Notes: generated by a model from the letters alone, not told the origin. Positions 19,281-27,449 are shown, numbered from the stretch's first letter. The stretch: 64,000 nt of DNA from Candidatus Woesearchaeota archaeon (GCA_043797205.1 JAZDQB010000028.1:4144-68143), one strand, 5' to 3'. Numbers and translations are program-made.

Positions 19281-20087
19281 TTATCCTTTATATTGTTTTC
19301 TCAAATCACGACGTACTGCAGCTTCGTATTGCTTACGAACTGCTTCAGGAACGAATCTTTGTGAAGAAGCAAAAACCGTATTTAAGACCGTTTCTAAACT
19401 AGGAACAGTTCCTTTTTGCACTTCGCGCCCTGCGGGCGCACTCTCACCTACGACGCCTATCCGACGTACCCCGAGAAAACGGGCATTGCCGTTGAGAACG
19501 TAGTCGCCAACAAGGTTGCTGCCATGGCCGTAGCCCAAGACCAGCAAGCGCCCGCGAGGTTCTTCCGCCAGATCATCGCTATGCCAAATCCCAATATTGT
19601 CTCCATAAACTTTACGATGTTTAGCTAAATATCTCTTGGCAATATCTTCTCCACCTAAAAAAGGAATGGTTTGGGGATGCTCTAAAGCCGCATCAACAGA
19701 AATAACTTCAGAAGTAGATCTCTTCAAAACATCATAATCAACTTTGAAAACTTTACCATCGTCAATACGACCAGCTAAAGCATCAAATTCTTCTTGAGGA
19801 AAAGGTCCGGCACCATTTCGATGATGTTCTCGAGCATATTTTAGTTGTTCTGAATCATTCCAAGAAGTTTGGTCCTGAACGTAAAGAACGATCTTGCTGC
19901 CCCCTTTAGTAGTTCCCGTAATTCTTAAACTAGGAGTAGTCCACCAATTGGTAAACAAGTAGCTGTCATTCTTAGCTTTGATTCTTTTTTCAGCCAGTTC
20001 GGGCATATAAACAGCATCGTGAGCAACTTGACAAGCACGCAGAGCTTCTTCCATTATAGCATTGTAAAAAGGTTGATTTTTATTCAT
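19281..20087 (-). CDS. DGR target protein (variable protein), fold unknown
   Basis: 268-aa ORF containing the VR at about residues 178-207 (...GRLLVLGYGHGSNLVGDYVLNGNARFLGV...). No signal peptide. Confidence 0.8.
   Translation of the reverse strand: MNKNQPFYNAIMEEALRACQVAHDAVYMPELAEKRIKAKNDSYLFTNWWTTPSLRITGTTKGGSKIVLYVQDQTSWNDSEQLKYAREHHRNGAGPFPQEEFDALAGRIDDGKVFKVDYDVLKRSTSEVISVDAALEHPQTIPFLGGEDIAKRYLAKHRKVYGDNIGIWHSDDLAEEPRGRLLVLGYGHGSNLVGDYVLNGNARFLGVRRIGVVGESAPAGREVQKGTVPSLETVLNTVFASSQRFVPEAVRKQYEAAVRRDLRKQYKG
19425..19439 (-). other. GC-rich hairpin ~27 nt downstream of the VR 3' end (candidate DGR target-recognition hairpin)
   Basis: GCGCCC-GCA-GGGCGC on the coding strand (6-bp GC stem, 3-nt loop), in the position where DGR VR-proximal hairpin/cruciform elements are found. 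Confidence 0.5.
19466..19555 (-). repeat. DGR variable repeat (VR)
   Basis: 90-nt match to the TR with 16 mismatches. Every mismatch is at a TR adenine (AAC->TAC, GGC, GGC, AGC; AAT->GTT; AAC->GAC, TAC; AAT->GTT; AAC->GGC; GGA->GGG; ATA->GTA). Confidence 0.85.
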
Positions 20088-20312
20088 TGTTTCACCGAAG
20101 CTAACAAAAAGGGAGGTAATATTTAAATGTTTTGCTACTTTAAAGTTGTAATCCAGAAAGGAGCTGTTGGGAAAAAGCCACTACCCACTGGTCACAAGAA
20201 ATAAGAAAACTATCTTATTTCTGTGCAGAAATGAAGAGTTCCCCTTCATTTCTTGCAAGTCCGGCTAAGGTATATAAACCACCTCTTCTTTAAGCTTAAT
20301 CAGGTGGTTGAA

Positions 20313-20705
20313 ATGGAAAACGCTTTAGCCGTATTTGAAGGTAAGAAAATTAGAAAAACTTGGCATAATAATGAATGGTGGTTTGTAATCGAAGATGTAG
20401 TTCAAGCTTTGACCGATTCTAATGACCCTAAGCAGTATATCAATAAAATGAGACAAAGAGATGAAATTTTGTCTCAAGGGTGGGTACAAATTGTACATAC
20501 CTTTTTGGTAGATACTTCTGGTGGTAAGCAGAATATGAATTGTTCTAATACAGAAGGATTATTTCGTATAATCCAGTCTATTCCTTCTATAAAAGTTGAA
20601 CCTTTCAAATTATGGTTAGCTAAAGTGGGTTATGAACGTGTTCAAGAGATTCAGAATCCGGAATTAGCTCAAGATAAAGTTAAACGATATCCATTATTTT
20701 GTTAA
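20313..20705 (+). CDS. Bro-N domain protein (phage/virus antirepressor-like)
   Basis: ALAVFEGKKIRKTWHNNEWWFVIEDVVQAL...NTEGLFRIIQSIPSIKVEPFKLWLAKVGYERV matches the Bro-N architecture. SD AGGTGGT lies before MENALAV. Confidence 0.65.
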   Translation: MENALAVFEGKKIRKTWHNNEWWFVIEDVVQALTDSNDPKQYINKMRQRDEILSQGWVQIVHTFLVDTSGGKQNMNCSNTEGLFRIIQSIPSIKVEPFKLWLAKVGYERVQEIQNPELAQDKVKRYPLFC

Positions 20706-20870
20706 TTACAACTAGAAAAAAGAGGTAAGGTCAGAACTCTTAACAAAAACTTTTCCCTTTGAACAAGGTCGTCAGACTCCTACCTAAAAGTTTTTTGTGA
20801 GTTCTGCCAAACTACCTCCTTTTCCGAATACTCTAGGCTTTAATGCTTGAAAAGCTTAGAGGTGAAATAA

Positions 20871-21503
20871 ATGGAAAATAAATTAAAATTAGCAGAAATC
20901 GTTGGAATAATGCTTGGTGACGGATGTTTGTATAAAGAAAAGCGACGTAATCGTTATCAAACAACTATTTGTTTTCATAAAAAAGAAACAGATTACTTAA
21001 GTCATGTTAAGATACTATTTGAAGATTATTTTAAATACAAATTTTACGTAACTGAAATAGCGCATGAAATGTTGCTTAGAAACGGTAGTTTAGTAGTAGG
21101 AGAAAAGTTAATCAGCTTTGGATTATATCCTGGAAGTAAGATTGATAACAAAGTAGTAATCCCTTCTTGGATATTTAGTAATAAAGAATTCATTAAAAGA
21201 ACAGTGAGAGGACTTTTTGATACGGATGGATGCGTTTACAAGAAATATGATAGATATGCTCAGATTGTCTTTAAATTTGGATGCAAAGAAACTACTAACT
21301 CTTTAAGAGAAGCTATAATTATTTTGGGTTTTAATCCAACTAAAACCGAGAAGGGATATAATAAAGCGAAGCACACCTTTTTTCATAAATTCTATCTATC
21401 CAGACAAGGTGAAATTAAGAAGTTCTTTCAAAAGATAGAACCAAAAAATCCAAAGCATGTTAAAAGGTATGAGAAAATAAGAGGTGGGGACGCCGCGATT
21501 TGA
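20871..21503 (+). CDS. free-standing LAGLIDADG homing endonuclease (double-motif)
   Basis: Two LAGLIDADG motifs: IVGIMLGDGCL and VRGLFDTDGCV. SD AGAGGTGA upstream. Confidence 0.8.
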   Translation: MENKLKLAEIVGIMLGDGCLYKEKRRNRYQTTICFHKKETDYLSHVKILFEDYFKYKFYVTEIAHEMLLRNGSLVVGEKLISFGLYPGSKIDNKVVIPSWIFSNKEFIKRTVRGLFDTDGCVYKKYDRYAQIVFKFGCKETTNSLREAIIILGFNPTKTEKGYNKAKHTFFHKFYLSRQGEIKKFFQKIEPKNPKHVKRYEKIRGGDAAI

Positions 21504-21659
21504 ACGCGGATCCGAAGCTAGCTTCAGGAAAGTTTTGTCATCGCCGAAGCTCAACTCTCCAATTCTGGAGGCTCCTATTTTGGTCAGTGACTTTTAAATC
21601 ACTTCTAGCCAAGATGCACCCAGATGCCGCAAGGCAATGTGGATTATACTACGTCCCCA
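21485..21659 (-). tRNA. tRNA-like element: candidate intron-containing tRNA (tentatively anticodon CCA/Trp, at least 2 introns), or a tRNA-derived remnant
   Basis: Minus strand: 5' GGGGACG-TA... and 3' ...CCGCG-TTCAAAT-CGCGG-CGTCCCC-A-CC give a perfect 7-bp acceptor and T arm. A possible anticodon arm GGAGC-CTCCAG[45-nt intron]A-GCTTC fits. The D-arm region only folds if a further ~50-nt intron is assumed. Confidence 0.4.
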
Positions 21660-21713
21660 CAATCTACAAAACAAGAGAATTGTTTATTAAGTTTTTGCTC
21701 TTTTTACTCAAAA

Positions 21714-22802
21714 ATGATCGAATTAGACGGATCTCATGGAGAAGGCGGCGGTGCCCTAGTTCGAGTAGCTCTTGCTCTCAGCACCCTCACCGAACAAGAA
21801 TTTAAAGTAACCAACATCCGTGCCAACCGCCCCGAACCGGGATTAAAAGCACAACATCTGGAAGCGATTAACGCTCTGAAACAGATCTGTGATGCCGAAA
21901 CTAATGAGATTAAGATTGGCACTACAGAATTATATTTCAAACCAGGAAAGATTAAACGCGGAATTTATGAAATAGATATCGGTACCGCCGGCAGCATCAG
22001 CTTAGTATTACAAGCATTAATTCTACCCTGCATGTTCGCTCCGGGAAAAGTGACTTTAAAGATTAAAGGAGGAACTTGCGGTAAATGGCAAGCTTCCGTT
22101 TATTACTTACAAAATATTTTACTTCCCCATCTGCAGAAATTTGTCGATAAGATTGAATTAAAGATCTTCAAGCCCGGATATTATCCGCAAGGAGGAGGAG
22201 AAGTGCAACTGGAAATTACTCCAAGATTTAACATTCGTAAATACCAGTATGTAGAAGATTTCCTGAAAGAATTGAAAGTGCCACGGATTAAATTATTAGA
22301 AGCAGATAAATTAGAGCAAATTCGTGGAGTGGTCAATGTTTCTTCAGAACTGCAAGAAAAAGAGGTAGGTGAAAGAATTAAGAAAACAGCAGAGATGGCT
22401 CTAAGAAAATATGATGTTCCGATAAATGTCCGCTCCGAATACGCCAAAACTCTTAATGTTGGTGGAGAGATAGTATTATGGGCTTTATTCAGTGAAAAAG
22501 GTAAAGTTGATTCGGATAATCAAGTAATTATAGGAGCAGATGCTTTAGTAGAAAAGAACAAGAGTTCTGAACAAGTGGGAAAGGAAGCGACAGAAGCCTT
22601 AAGCAAAGAAATTAATAAAAAGAATGTGACTGACCATTACTTATTAGACCAATTAATTCCTTTTATGGCCTTGCTTCCCGGATCAGAAGTCCAAACCACC
22701 GAAATTAGCGAGCATGCTTATACTAATATGCATGTATGCAAACAATTCGTTCCCATCACCTTTAAAGTGGTTAAGGGAAAGATTAAGGTGGAATTAAGAT
22801 AG
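21714..22802 (+). CDS. rtcA: RNA 3'-terminal phosphate cyclase
   Basis: MIELDGSHGEGGGALVRVALALSTLTEQEFKVTNIRANRPEPGLKAQH matches the RtcA N-terminal signature. Start moved to the internal Met. Confidence 0.85.
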   Translation: MIELDGSHGEGGGALVRVALALSTLTEQEFKVTNIRANRPEPGLKAQHLEAINALKQICDAETNEIKIGTTELYFKPGKIKRGIYEIDIGTAGSISLVLQALILPCMFAPGKVTLKIKGGTCGKWQASVYYLQNILLPHLQKFVDKIELKIFKPGYYPQGGGEVQLEITPRFNIRKYQYVEDFLKELKVPRIKLLEADKLEQIRGVVNVSSELQEKEVGERIKKTAEMALRKYDVPINVRSEYAKTLNVGGEIVLWALFSEKGKVDSDNQVIIGADALVEKNKSSEQVGKEATEALSKEINKKNVTDHYLLDQLIPFMALLPGSEVQTTEISEHAYTNMHVCKQFVPITFKVVKGKIKVELR

Positions 22803-22848
22803 AATTTCTCGTAACCTTTATAAAATAGATAAGGTTTAAATCTAAACT

Positions 22849-23019
22849 ATGACTGAAAAAACCTGTATCTCTTGTAAAAAGAGAGTCGTTAACAAAGTAG
22901 GTAGTGTTACTATTAAATGTCCCAAATGCAACAAATACGAATTGGTGCGTTGTGAGAATTGCCGGGCTAACGGAACCAAGTACACTTGCCCTAACTGCGA
23001 TTTTGTGGGACCAAATTAA
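22849..23019 (+). CDS. small four-CxxC zinc-finger protein (HVO_2753/COG2888-like)
   Basis: MTEKTCISCKKR...KCPKCNKY...CENCRAN...CPNCDF; 56 aa, directly upstream of EF-1beta, as is common in archaea. Confidence 0.6.
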   Translation: MTEKTCISCKKRVVNKVGSVTIKCPKCNKYELVRCENCRANGTKYTCPNCDFVGPN

Positions 23020-23299
23020 AATGGCTAAAGCAATAATCACTTTTCGACTGATGCCGGAATCTCCCGAAACCGATCGCAAAGAGATTGCCGAAACGGCTCT
23101 GAAGATTGCTAAAGAGAATAAAGCTATCGGACAGATGCAAAGTAAAGAAGATCCCATCGGCTTCGGTATCGTCGCTGTTCTTGTTTTAGCTATGTATGAT
23201 GTGGACAGTTCTGATTTTGAAGCCATTGCCGCCCAGATGAAAGAGATTAAAGGAGTAGAATCAGCCGAAGTTGCTAAGATGGATTTAGCGCTGGGTTAG
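23020..23299 (+). CDS. ef1b: translation elongation factor 1-beta (aEF-1beta)
   Basis: MAKAIITFRLMPESPETD...IGFGIVAVLV...VESAEVAKMDL; about 93 aa, typical aEF-1beta. Confidence 0.8.
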
Positions 23300-23310
23300 T
23301 AAAACAGAGA

Positions 23311-24255
23311 TCATAATTTAAGAAGCGTTCTGCGACAATTTTTACAAAGAGGATTATCTTTTGGATGCAAACACCATAACCAAAAATCAGGTTGATACAA
23401 TAATACAAATCCATTATTACGAGCTAACTCAGATGCCCGGGTAGATGTCATGGCTATAGCTAGAGCACTTCCTCGTAAGCATTCATCTTTTAGATTTTGT
23501 ATTAATGAAGTTCCCAAATTAGATTTTTTCTTCCAGAACCTTACACTTAAACCAATATTATTTATATCAAAAGTAGGACAGGGTTGGTTCAAGAAACCAC
23601 CCTTAGGTTTGAAAGTTACTTGCATTCCCGCAAGAACCTCTTCGTCTACACCAATAGCAATTACTTCTCTATCATAATTAGATTCATATCCTCCGCCAAC
23701 TGCCCCTTCGCGAAAGATTTGGATTAATTGTTTTTTTTCTTCAACCGTTTCAACATTTTTAATTCGAAATGGAGGTTTGATTTCTGCAATTTCTCGATAA
23801 ATAATGGAAACACATTCAACTTTAGACTCTTGCAAACAAAACAATAATTGATCGACAAGAGTAATTTCTTTAGAAAGAAGGGTTGTTCTTACTAACCGAT
23901 TCTCATTAAATAATTGGTTTTGTGAGGATAATAAATTATAATAGGCAAAACATAATCTTCTGAAACCAAGTAATTTTGTAGCTTTTTGTTCCGCAAATGA
24001 ATTTAGAAGCTTCTTTTCTTTACTGCTCAAAACAGAAATAGAATCAAAAAGTTTAGATTCACTCACTAGTTTCACTGATTTAAAATATTTTAGTTGATTC
24101 CTTATGATTAGAAGTACATTTAATCTGCTATTCTTCTTATTGGTTGAATACAAAACCTCTTTCTTTGACGCTTTTGTGGATAAGTCGTAAATTACTGTCT
24201 CTAATTTTCTAAAAATCTCTCTTAATTGGGTTTCTTTCTCTAACATTTCGGGCAT
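23311..24255 (-). CDS. hypothetical protein (third gene downstream of the HEPN-like/MNT pair)
   Basis: ORF only. GGGYESNYDREVIAIGVDEE block. Cys-containing C-terminus. Confidence 0.45.
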   Translation of the reverse strand: MPEMLEKETQLREIFRKLETVIYDLSTKASKKEVLYSTNKKNSRLNVLLIIRNQLKYFKSVKLVSESKLFDSISVLSSKEKKLLNSFAEQKATKLLGFRRLCFAYYNLLSSQNQLFNENRLVRTTLLSKEITLVDQLLFCLQESKVECVSIIYREIAEIKPPFRIKNVETVEEKKQLIQIFREGAVGGGYESNYDREVIAIGVDEEVLAGMQVTFKPKGGFLNQPCPTFDINNIGLSVRFWKKKSNLGTSLIQNLKDECLRGSALAIAMTSTRASELARNNGFVLLYQPDFWLWCLHPKDNPLCKNCRRTLLKL

Positions 24256-24335
24256 TATTCAAGAAGGATTATTATTTATATAAATATTACCTAAATAAAG
24301 TTAACGGAAGTAGCCAAGATGAATCTGACACTTGG

Positions 24336-24959
24336 TTAAAAAGAATCAGAAAAAATCTCATTAATCTTATAAATTACTTTATTCTTATTTAAGAATGTCA
24401 TGATTTCCTGGCGATGCTCCATCGGCACCAAAAAAATGGCTTTACCTAATTTTTTTCCGCCTGATTTTTCTATTAGACCTTTGCCAATGTAAATTTTCTT
24501 GCCAACTTTTTGGGTATAACCATAAAGTTTTCTCCAAATCGTCATTTGTTGGTTATTTTTCATCTTTGACACATCAATATTAACTAGTAAATAATATTTA
24601 ATGTTAGGTGGAATCTCTTGATATTTACCATAAAGAAGAATACCTGAACTAATCACTTCCCGATGCAAAGACCACTTTTGTAGCTCCCCCACTTTCAAGG
24701 AAATCTCATTCCTTATCCCCTTTAATCTCCAAATTTTTCCTGCTTGAGAACTCTTAAAGAGAGCCAGATTCTTTTCAACTTCCTTTTCTAAAGTTTCATC
24801 AGCATCAACAAATAAGTCAATATCACTCTCAGCATTAAAATCCCCCCTAGCTACAGACCCAAAGAGAATAATCTTCCTTATTTCCGGCCCAATCTTACTA
24901 TCTAATAAAAAAGAAGAGAAATTGAGTGCATATCCAATTAAATGGTTTTTATTCAACAT
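24336..24959 (-). CDS. nucleotidyltransferase (MNT/pol-beta superfamily) with C-terminal extension
   Basis: ILFGSVARGDFNAESDIDLFVDADE is the GS...DxD minimal nucleotidyltransferase motif. Overlaps the upstream ORF by 11 nt. Confidence 0.7.
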   Translation of the reverse strand: MLNKNHLIGYALNFSSFLLDSKIGPEIRKIILFGSVARGDFNAESDIDLFVDADETLEKEVEKNLALFKSSQAGKIWRLKGIRNEISLKVGELQKWSLHREVISSGILLYGKYQEIPPNIKYYLLVNIDVSKMKNNQQMTIWRKLYGYTQKVGKKIYIGKGLIEKSGGKKLGKAIFLVPMEHRQEIMTFLNKNKVIYKINEIFSDSF

Positions 24960-25353
24960 TGAGCATACCTTTTAGAATATTTTCTAAAGTTTCAAACAAA
25001 TGCAAAGCTTCTTCTACTCTCTCTATTGGTCGAGGAGCCCCATAAGAAAGTTTTTCACAAATAATCTCTAACTGAATCATTAAGCTGACAATCTCTTCCT
25101 TCCTTTCAAACTCAGGTAAGCGCCGGAAAACAGTATCGGACTTAAACCAAGCATGATTTAACTGGAACCCTTCTTCTACTTTATTTTGCTGATGCAAATA
25201 AGCAGAGAGTAATTCCGTGATCGCTTTAGAAGCATTATCTCCGATAATTCGCTGCGAGTTCTCTATCCCTCTCACCTCTACCGCCCACTTAAAGATGGTT
25301 TCTTTTCTCTCTTCAAAAGCCTGCAGGTGCATTTCTATTCGCATAACGTTCAT
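24949..25353 (-). CDS. HEPN-like / nucleotidyltransferase substrate-binding-like partner protein (putative)
   Basis: 134-aa helical protein translationally coupled upstream of the MNT gene. A canonical Rx4-6H motif is not obvious. Confidence 0.45.
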   Translation of the reverse strand: MNVMRIEMHLQAFEERKETIFKWAVEVRGIENSQRIIGDNASKAITELLSAYLHQQNKVEEGFQLNHAWFKSDTVFRRLPEFERKEEIVSLMIQLEIICEKLSYGAPRPIERVEEALHLFETLENILKGMLNVE

Positions 25354-25380
25354 TTATGTTAGTAACTATATAAATCTTTT

Positions 25381-25393
25381 GTAAGTAACTTAC
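25381..25393. promoter_or_regulatory. inverted repeat GTAAGT-A-ACTTAC (candidate operator) in the promoter of the HEPN-like/MNT operon
   Basis: Perfect 6+6 inverted repeat, followed by the related direct repeats ACTTACATAAAA / AATTACATAAAA, 30-70 nt upstream of the 24949..25353 start. Confidence 0.3.
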
Positions 25394-25460
25394 ATAAAAA
25401 TATGTTAGTTAATTACATAAAATATTGCTGTTTTAAAAAGTAAATTGAGTTTCTACCGCT

Positions 25461-26225
25461 CTAATCCTTCGCTATTTTCCACATCATTTGAAAGTATTCT
25501 AAAAAGCTTTGCGCAACTTCTTCAGATTTAATATAAATAGAAGTAATTTTCTTACCAAATACAATAATTACAGTCCTATCGCGATAGATATTTATCGCTA
25601 CAGGAGAAGTATGCTCAATATACTTGTTCTTAGTTCCAGGAAATTGTTTGTTAGAGTACAAATCTTCAGTCGTCTTTCTCTGTCTCCTATTAAAGAGCAT
25701 ATGCGTCCTAATTTTCTTTTGCTCACGCAAAATATGAATTTTCCGAAAAAAAGACCATACTGCTTCTTCATCCATTCCTTTAGTTCCACCGATGACATAA
25801 CAAACTTCACCAGATTTAAGCATCTCTACCTGTTCACGAAAGATTATCTCTAATCCTTTCATTCCTAAAAGAATTTCTACTTCCTGCTCCTCTTTAGAAG
25901 AATTAAACAAAGACAAGAGCCCAGGGATGGCTAATTTAGCTTGTTTCTCTAAGGAAGAGATATCTTCTTTTTTCTTTTCCAAATAGTTTAACAATTGGTG
26001 AGGATTGGTAGGCTTAAAATTTTTTATCTTATTCTCGATAAAAGTAGAAGTCAATCCTTTCTCCTGTAATTTCTCTAAAACTTCATAGACTTTTGAACCT
26101 GAAATTCCCGATTCTTTCACGATGTTATTACGAGTCGAAATTCCTAAACTAAGCAGAGCTAAATAGACCTTCTTTTCTGATTCAGTTAATCCTATTTCTT
26201 TCAAGAGTGGTTCAAAGTCTTTCAT
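25461..26225 (-). CDS. TrmB family transcriptional regulator
   Basis: N-terminal HTH LTESEKKVYLALLSLGISTRNNIVKESGISGSKVYEVLEKLQEKGL is typical of TrmB. Confidence 0.7.
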   Translation of the reverse strand: MKDFEPLLKEIGLTESEKKVYLALLSLGISTRNNIVKESGISGSKVYEVLEKLQEKGLTSTFIENKIKNFKPTNPHQLLNYLEKKKEDISSLEKQAKLAIPGLLSLFNSSKEEQEVEILLGMKGLEIIFREQVEMLKSGEVCYVIGGTKGMDEEAVWSFFRKIHILREQKKIRTHMLFNRRQRKTTEDLYSNKQFPGTKNKYIEHTSPVAINIYRDRTVIIVFGKKITSIYIKSEEVAQSFLEYFQMMWKIAKD

Positions 26226-26280
26226 AGGTACCCCTCAGGGGGAGCTAGTATTTAAATATTGCTTTGTTGCTGAAGAAGAG

Positions 26281-26784
26281 ATGGAAAACTTAGAAAAAAA
26301 AGTAAAAGAAAGCTGGATTAAAAGATCTTATCAAAAAGAATGGGTAACGATGGGGAACAACGTAGTTGCGGCTGCCACATCTATAGGTATTACTGCTGTA
26401 GTAACTCATCTCGCTAAAAAATATTTTAATGTTGAATCTGATGAAGCTTTAACCTTGACGGCCACAGTAACAGATTTATCCAGTTATTATATTACTTTAT
26501 TCGGACAATTTCTTTATAGAGATAGAGAAGAATTAAAAGATAGGGAAGATAAACTAAGTTTAAGAAAAGTTGGAAGAAAATTAGGGGAATATGGCAGTTT
26601 CTTTGGGGTTTTGACCGCAGCATATACTGGAGCAAGAGTAGTGGCACAATATGCTTTACAAAAATTAGAAGTAGACCCTGTTGCCGCATCAGTAATAACG
26701 CAGGTAGGCCTTACTGGAATATTTACCGGAATAATGCCCATGCTCCGTTATGGAATTAAGAATTTGTGGTCTTCTGGAGTTTAA
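26281..26784 (+). CDS. hypothetical protein
   Basis: ORF only, divergent from trmB. Confidence 0.4.
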   Translation: MENLEKKVKESWIKRSYQKEWVTMGNNVVAAATSIGITAVVTHLAKKYFNVESDEALTLTATVTDLSSYYITLFGQFLYRDREELKDREDKLSLRKVGRKLGEYGSFFGVLTAAYTGARVVAQYALQKLEVDPVAASVITQVGLTGIFTGIMPMLRYGIKNLWSSGV

Positions 26785-26835
26785 ACCGAAAGGTTTAAAT
26801 ATGTGTTAACAAATAGCACACATAACATGGTAAAT

Positions 26836-27045
26836 ATGACTTTATCGATACCGGAAGAAGTACACAAAGAGATGCAATTCCACACCGAAATTAAGTGGAG
26901 TGATGTAGCCAGACAGGCTTTTGAGAAGAAGATTAGGGAACTGCATTGGATGGATAAGCTTCTGGAAAAGAGTACTTTAACCGAAGAAGATGCCGAAAGG
27001 ATCGGTCACAAAATCAAACATGAAATAGCCAAAAGATTCCGATGA
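26836..27045 (+). CDS. ribbon-helix-helix/CopG-like antitoxin (VapB-like)
   Basis: MTLSIPEEVHKEM resembles an RHH N-terminal strand. 4-nt overlap with the downstream PIN gene. Confidence 0.5.
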   Translation: MTLSIPEEVHKEMQFHTEIKWSDVARQAFEKKIRELHWMDKLLEKSTLTEEDAERIGHKIKHEIAKRFR

Positions 27046-27449
27046 AACTGATCATCAATACCAATAGAATCATGGCGGCTTTAATTAAAGATTCTTTTTC
27101 TAGATATATTATCTTTCATTCCAATTGGGAATTAATCTACTTAACTTTCTCAGAACAAGAGATTGAAAAACACCAAGATGAACTTTTAAAAAAATCAGGG
27201 TTAAACAAGGAGAAATTTGAACTGGTTCTGTCTAAACTAAAGGAGAAGTTTATTCTTCTAAATGATGATTTAATTAAAGGAAATATGATCGAAGCGAGTA
27301 AAATTATGGATGAAGTAGATCCTGACGATACTCCCTTCATCGCTGCGGCTTTAGCTACCGGTTCGGATATTTGGTCAGATGATTCTCATTTTAGTCAACA
27401 AAAGAAAATAAAAGTATGGAAAACCAAAGATTTGATAAAGTTACTTTAA
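27042..27449 (+). CDS. PIN-domain nuclease (VapC-like toxin)
   Basis: LIINTNRIMAAL ... DPDDTPFIAAALATGSDIWSDDSHF carries the acidic PIN residues. Confidence 0.65.
   Translation: MKLIINTNRIMAALIKDSFSRYIIFHSNWELIYLTFSEQEIEKHQDELLKKSGLNKEKFELVLSKLKEKFILLNDDLIKGNMIEASKIMDEVDPDDTPFIAAALATGSDIWSDDSHFSQQKKIKVWKTKDLIKLL

Noticed and set aside
20138-20218. 26-aa ORF with strong SD (GGGAGG) upstream of, and antisense to, the DGR target gene start
   Set aside because: Too short and unconserved-looking to call. It may simply be promoter-region sequence of the target gene.
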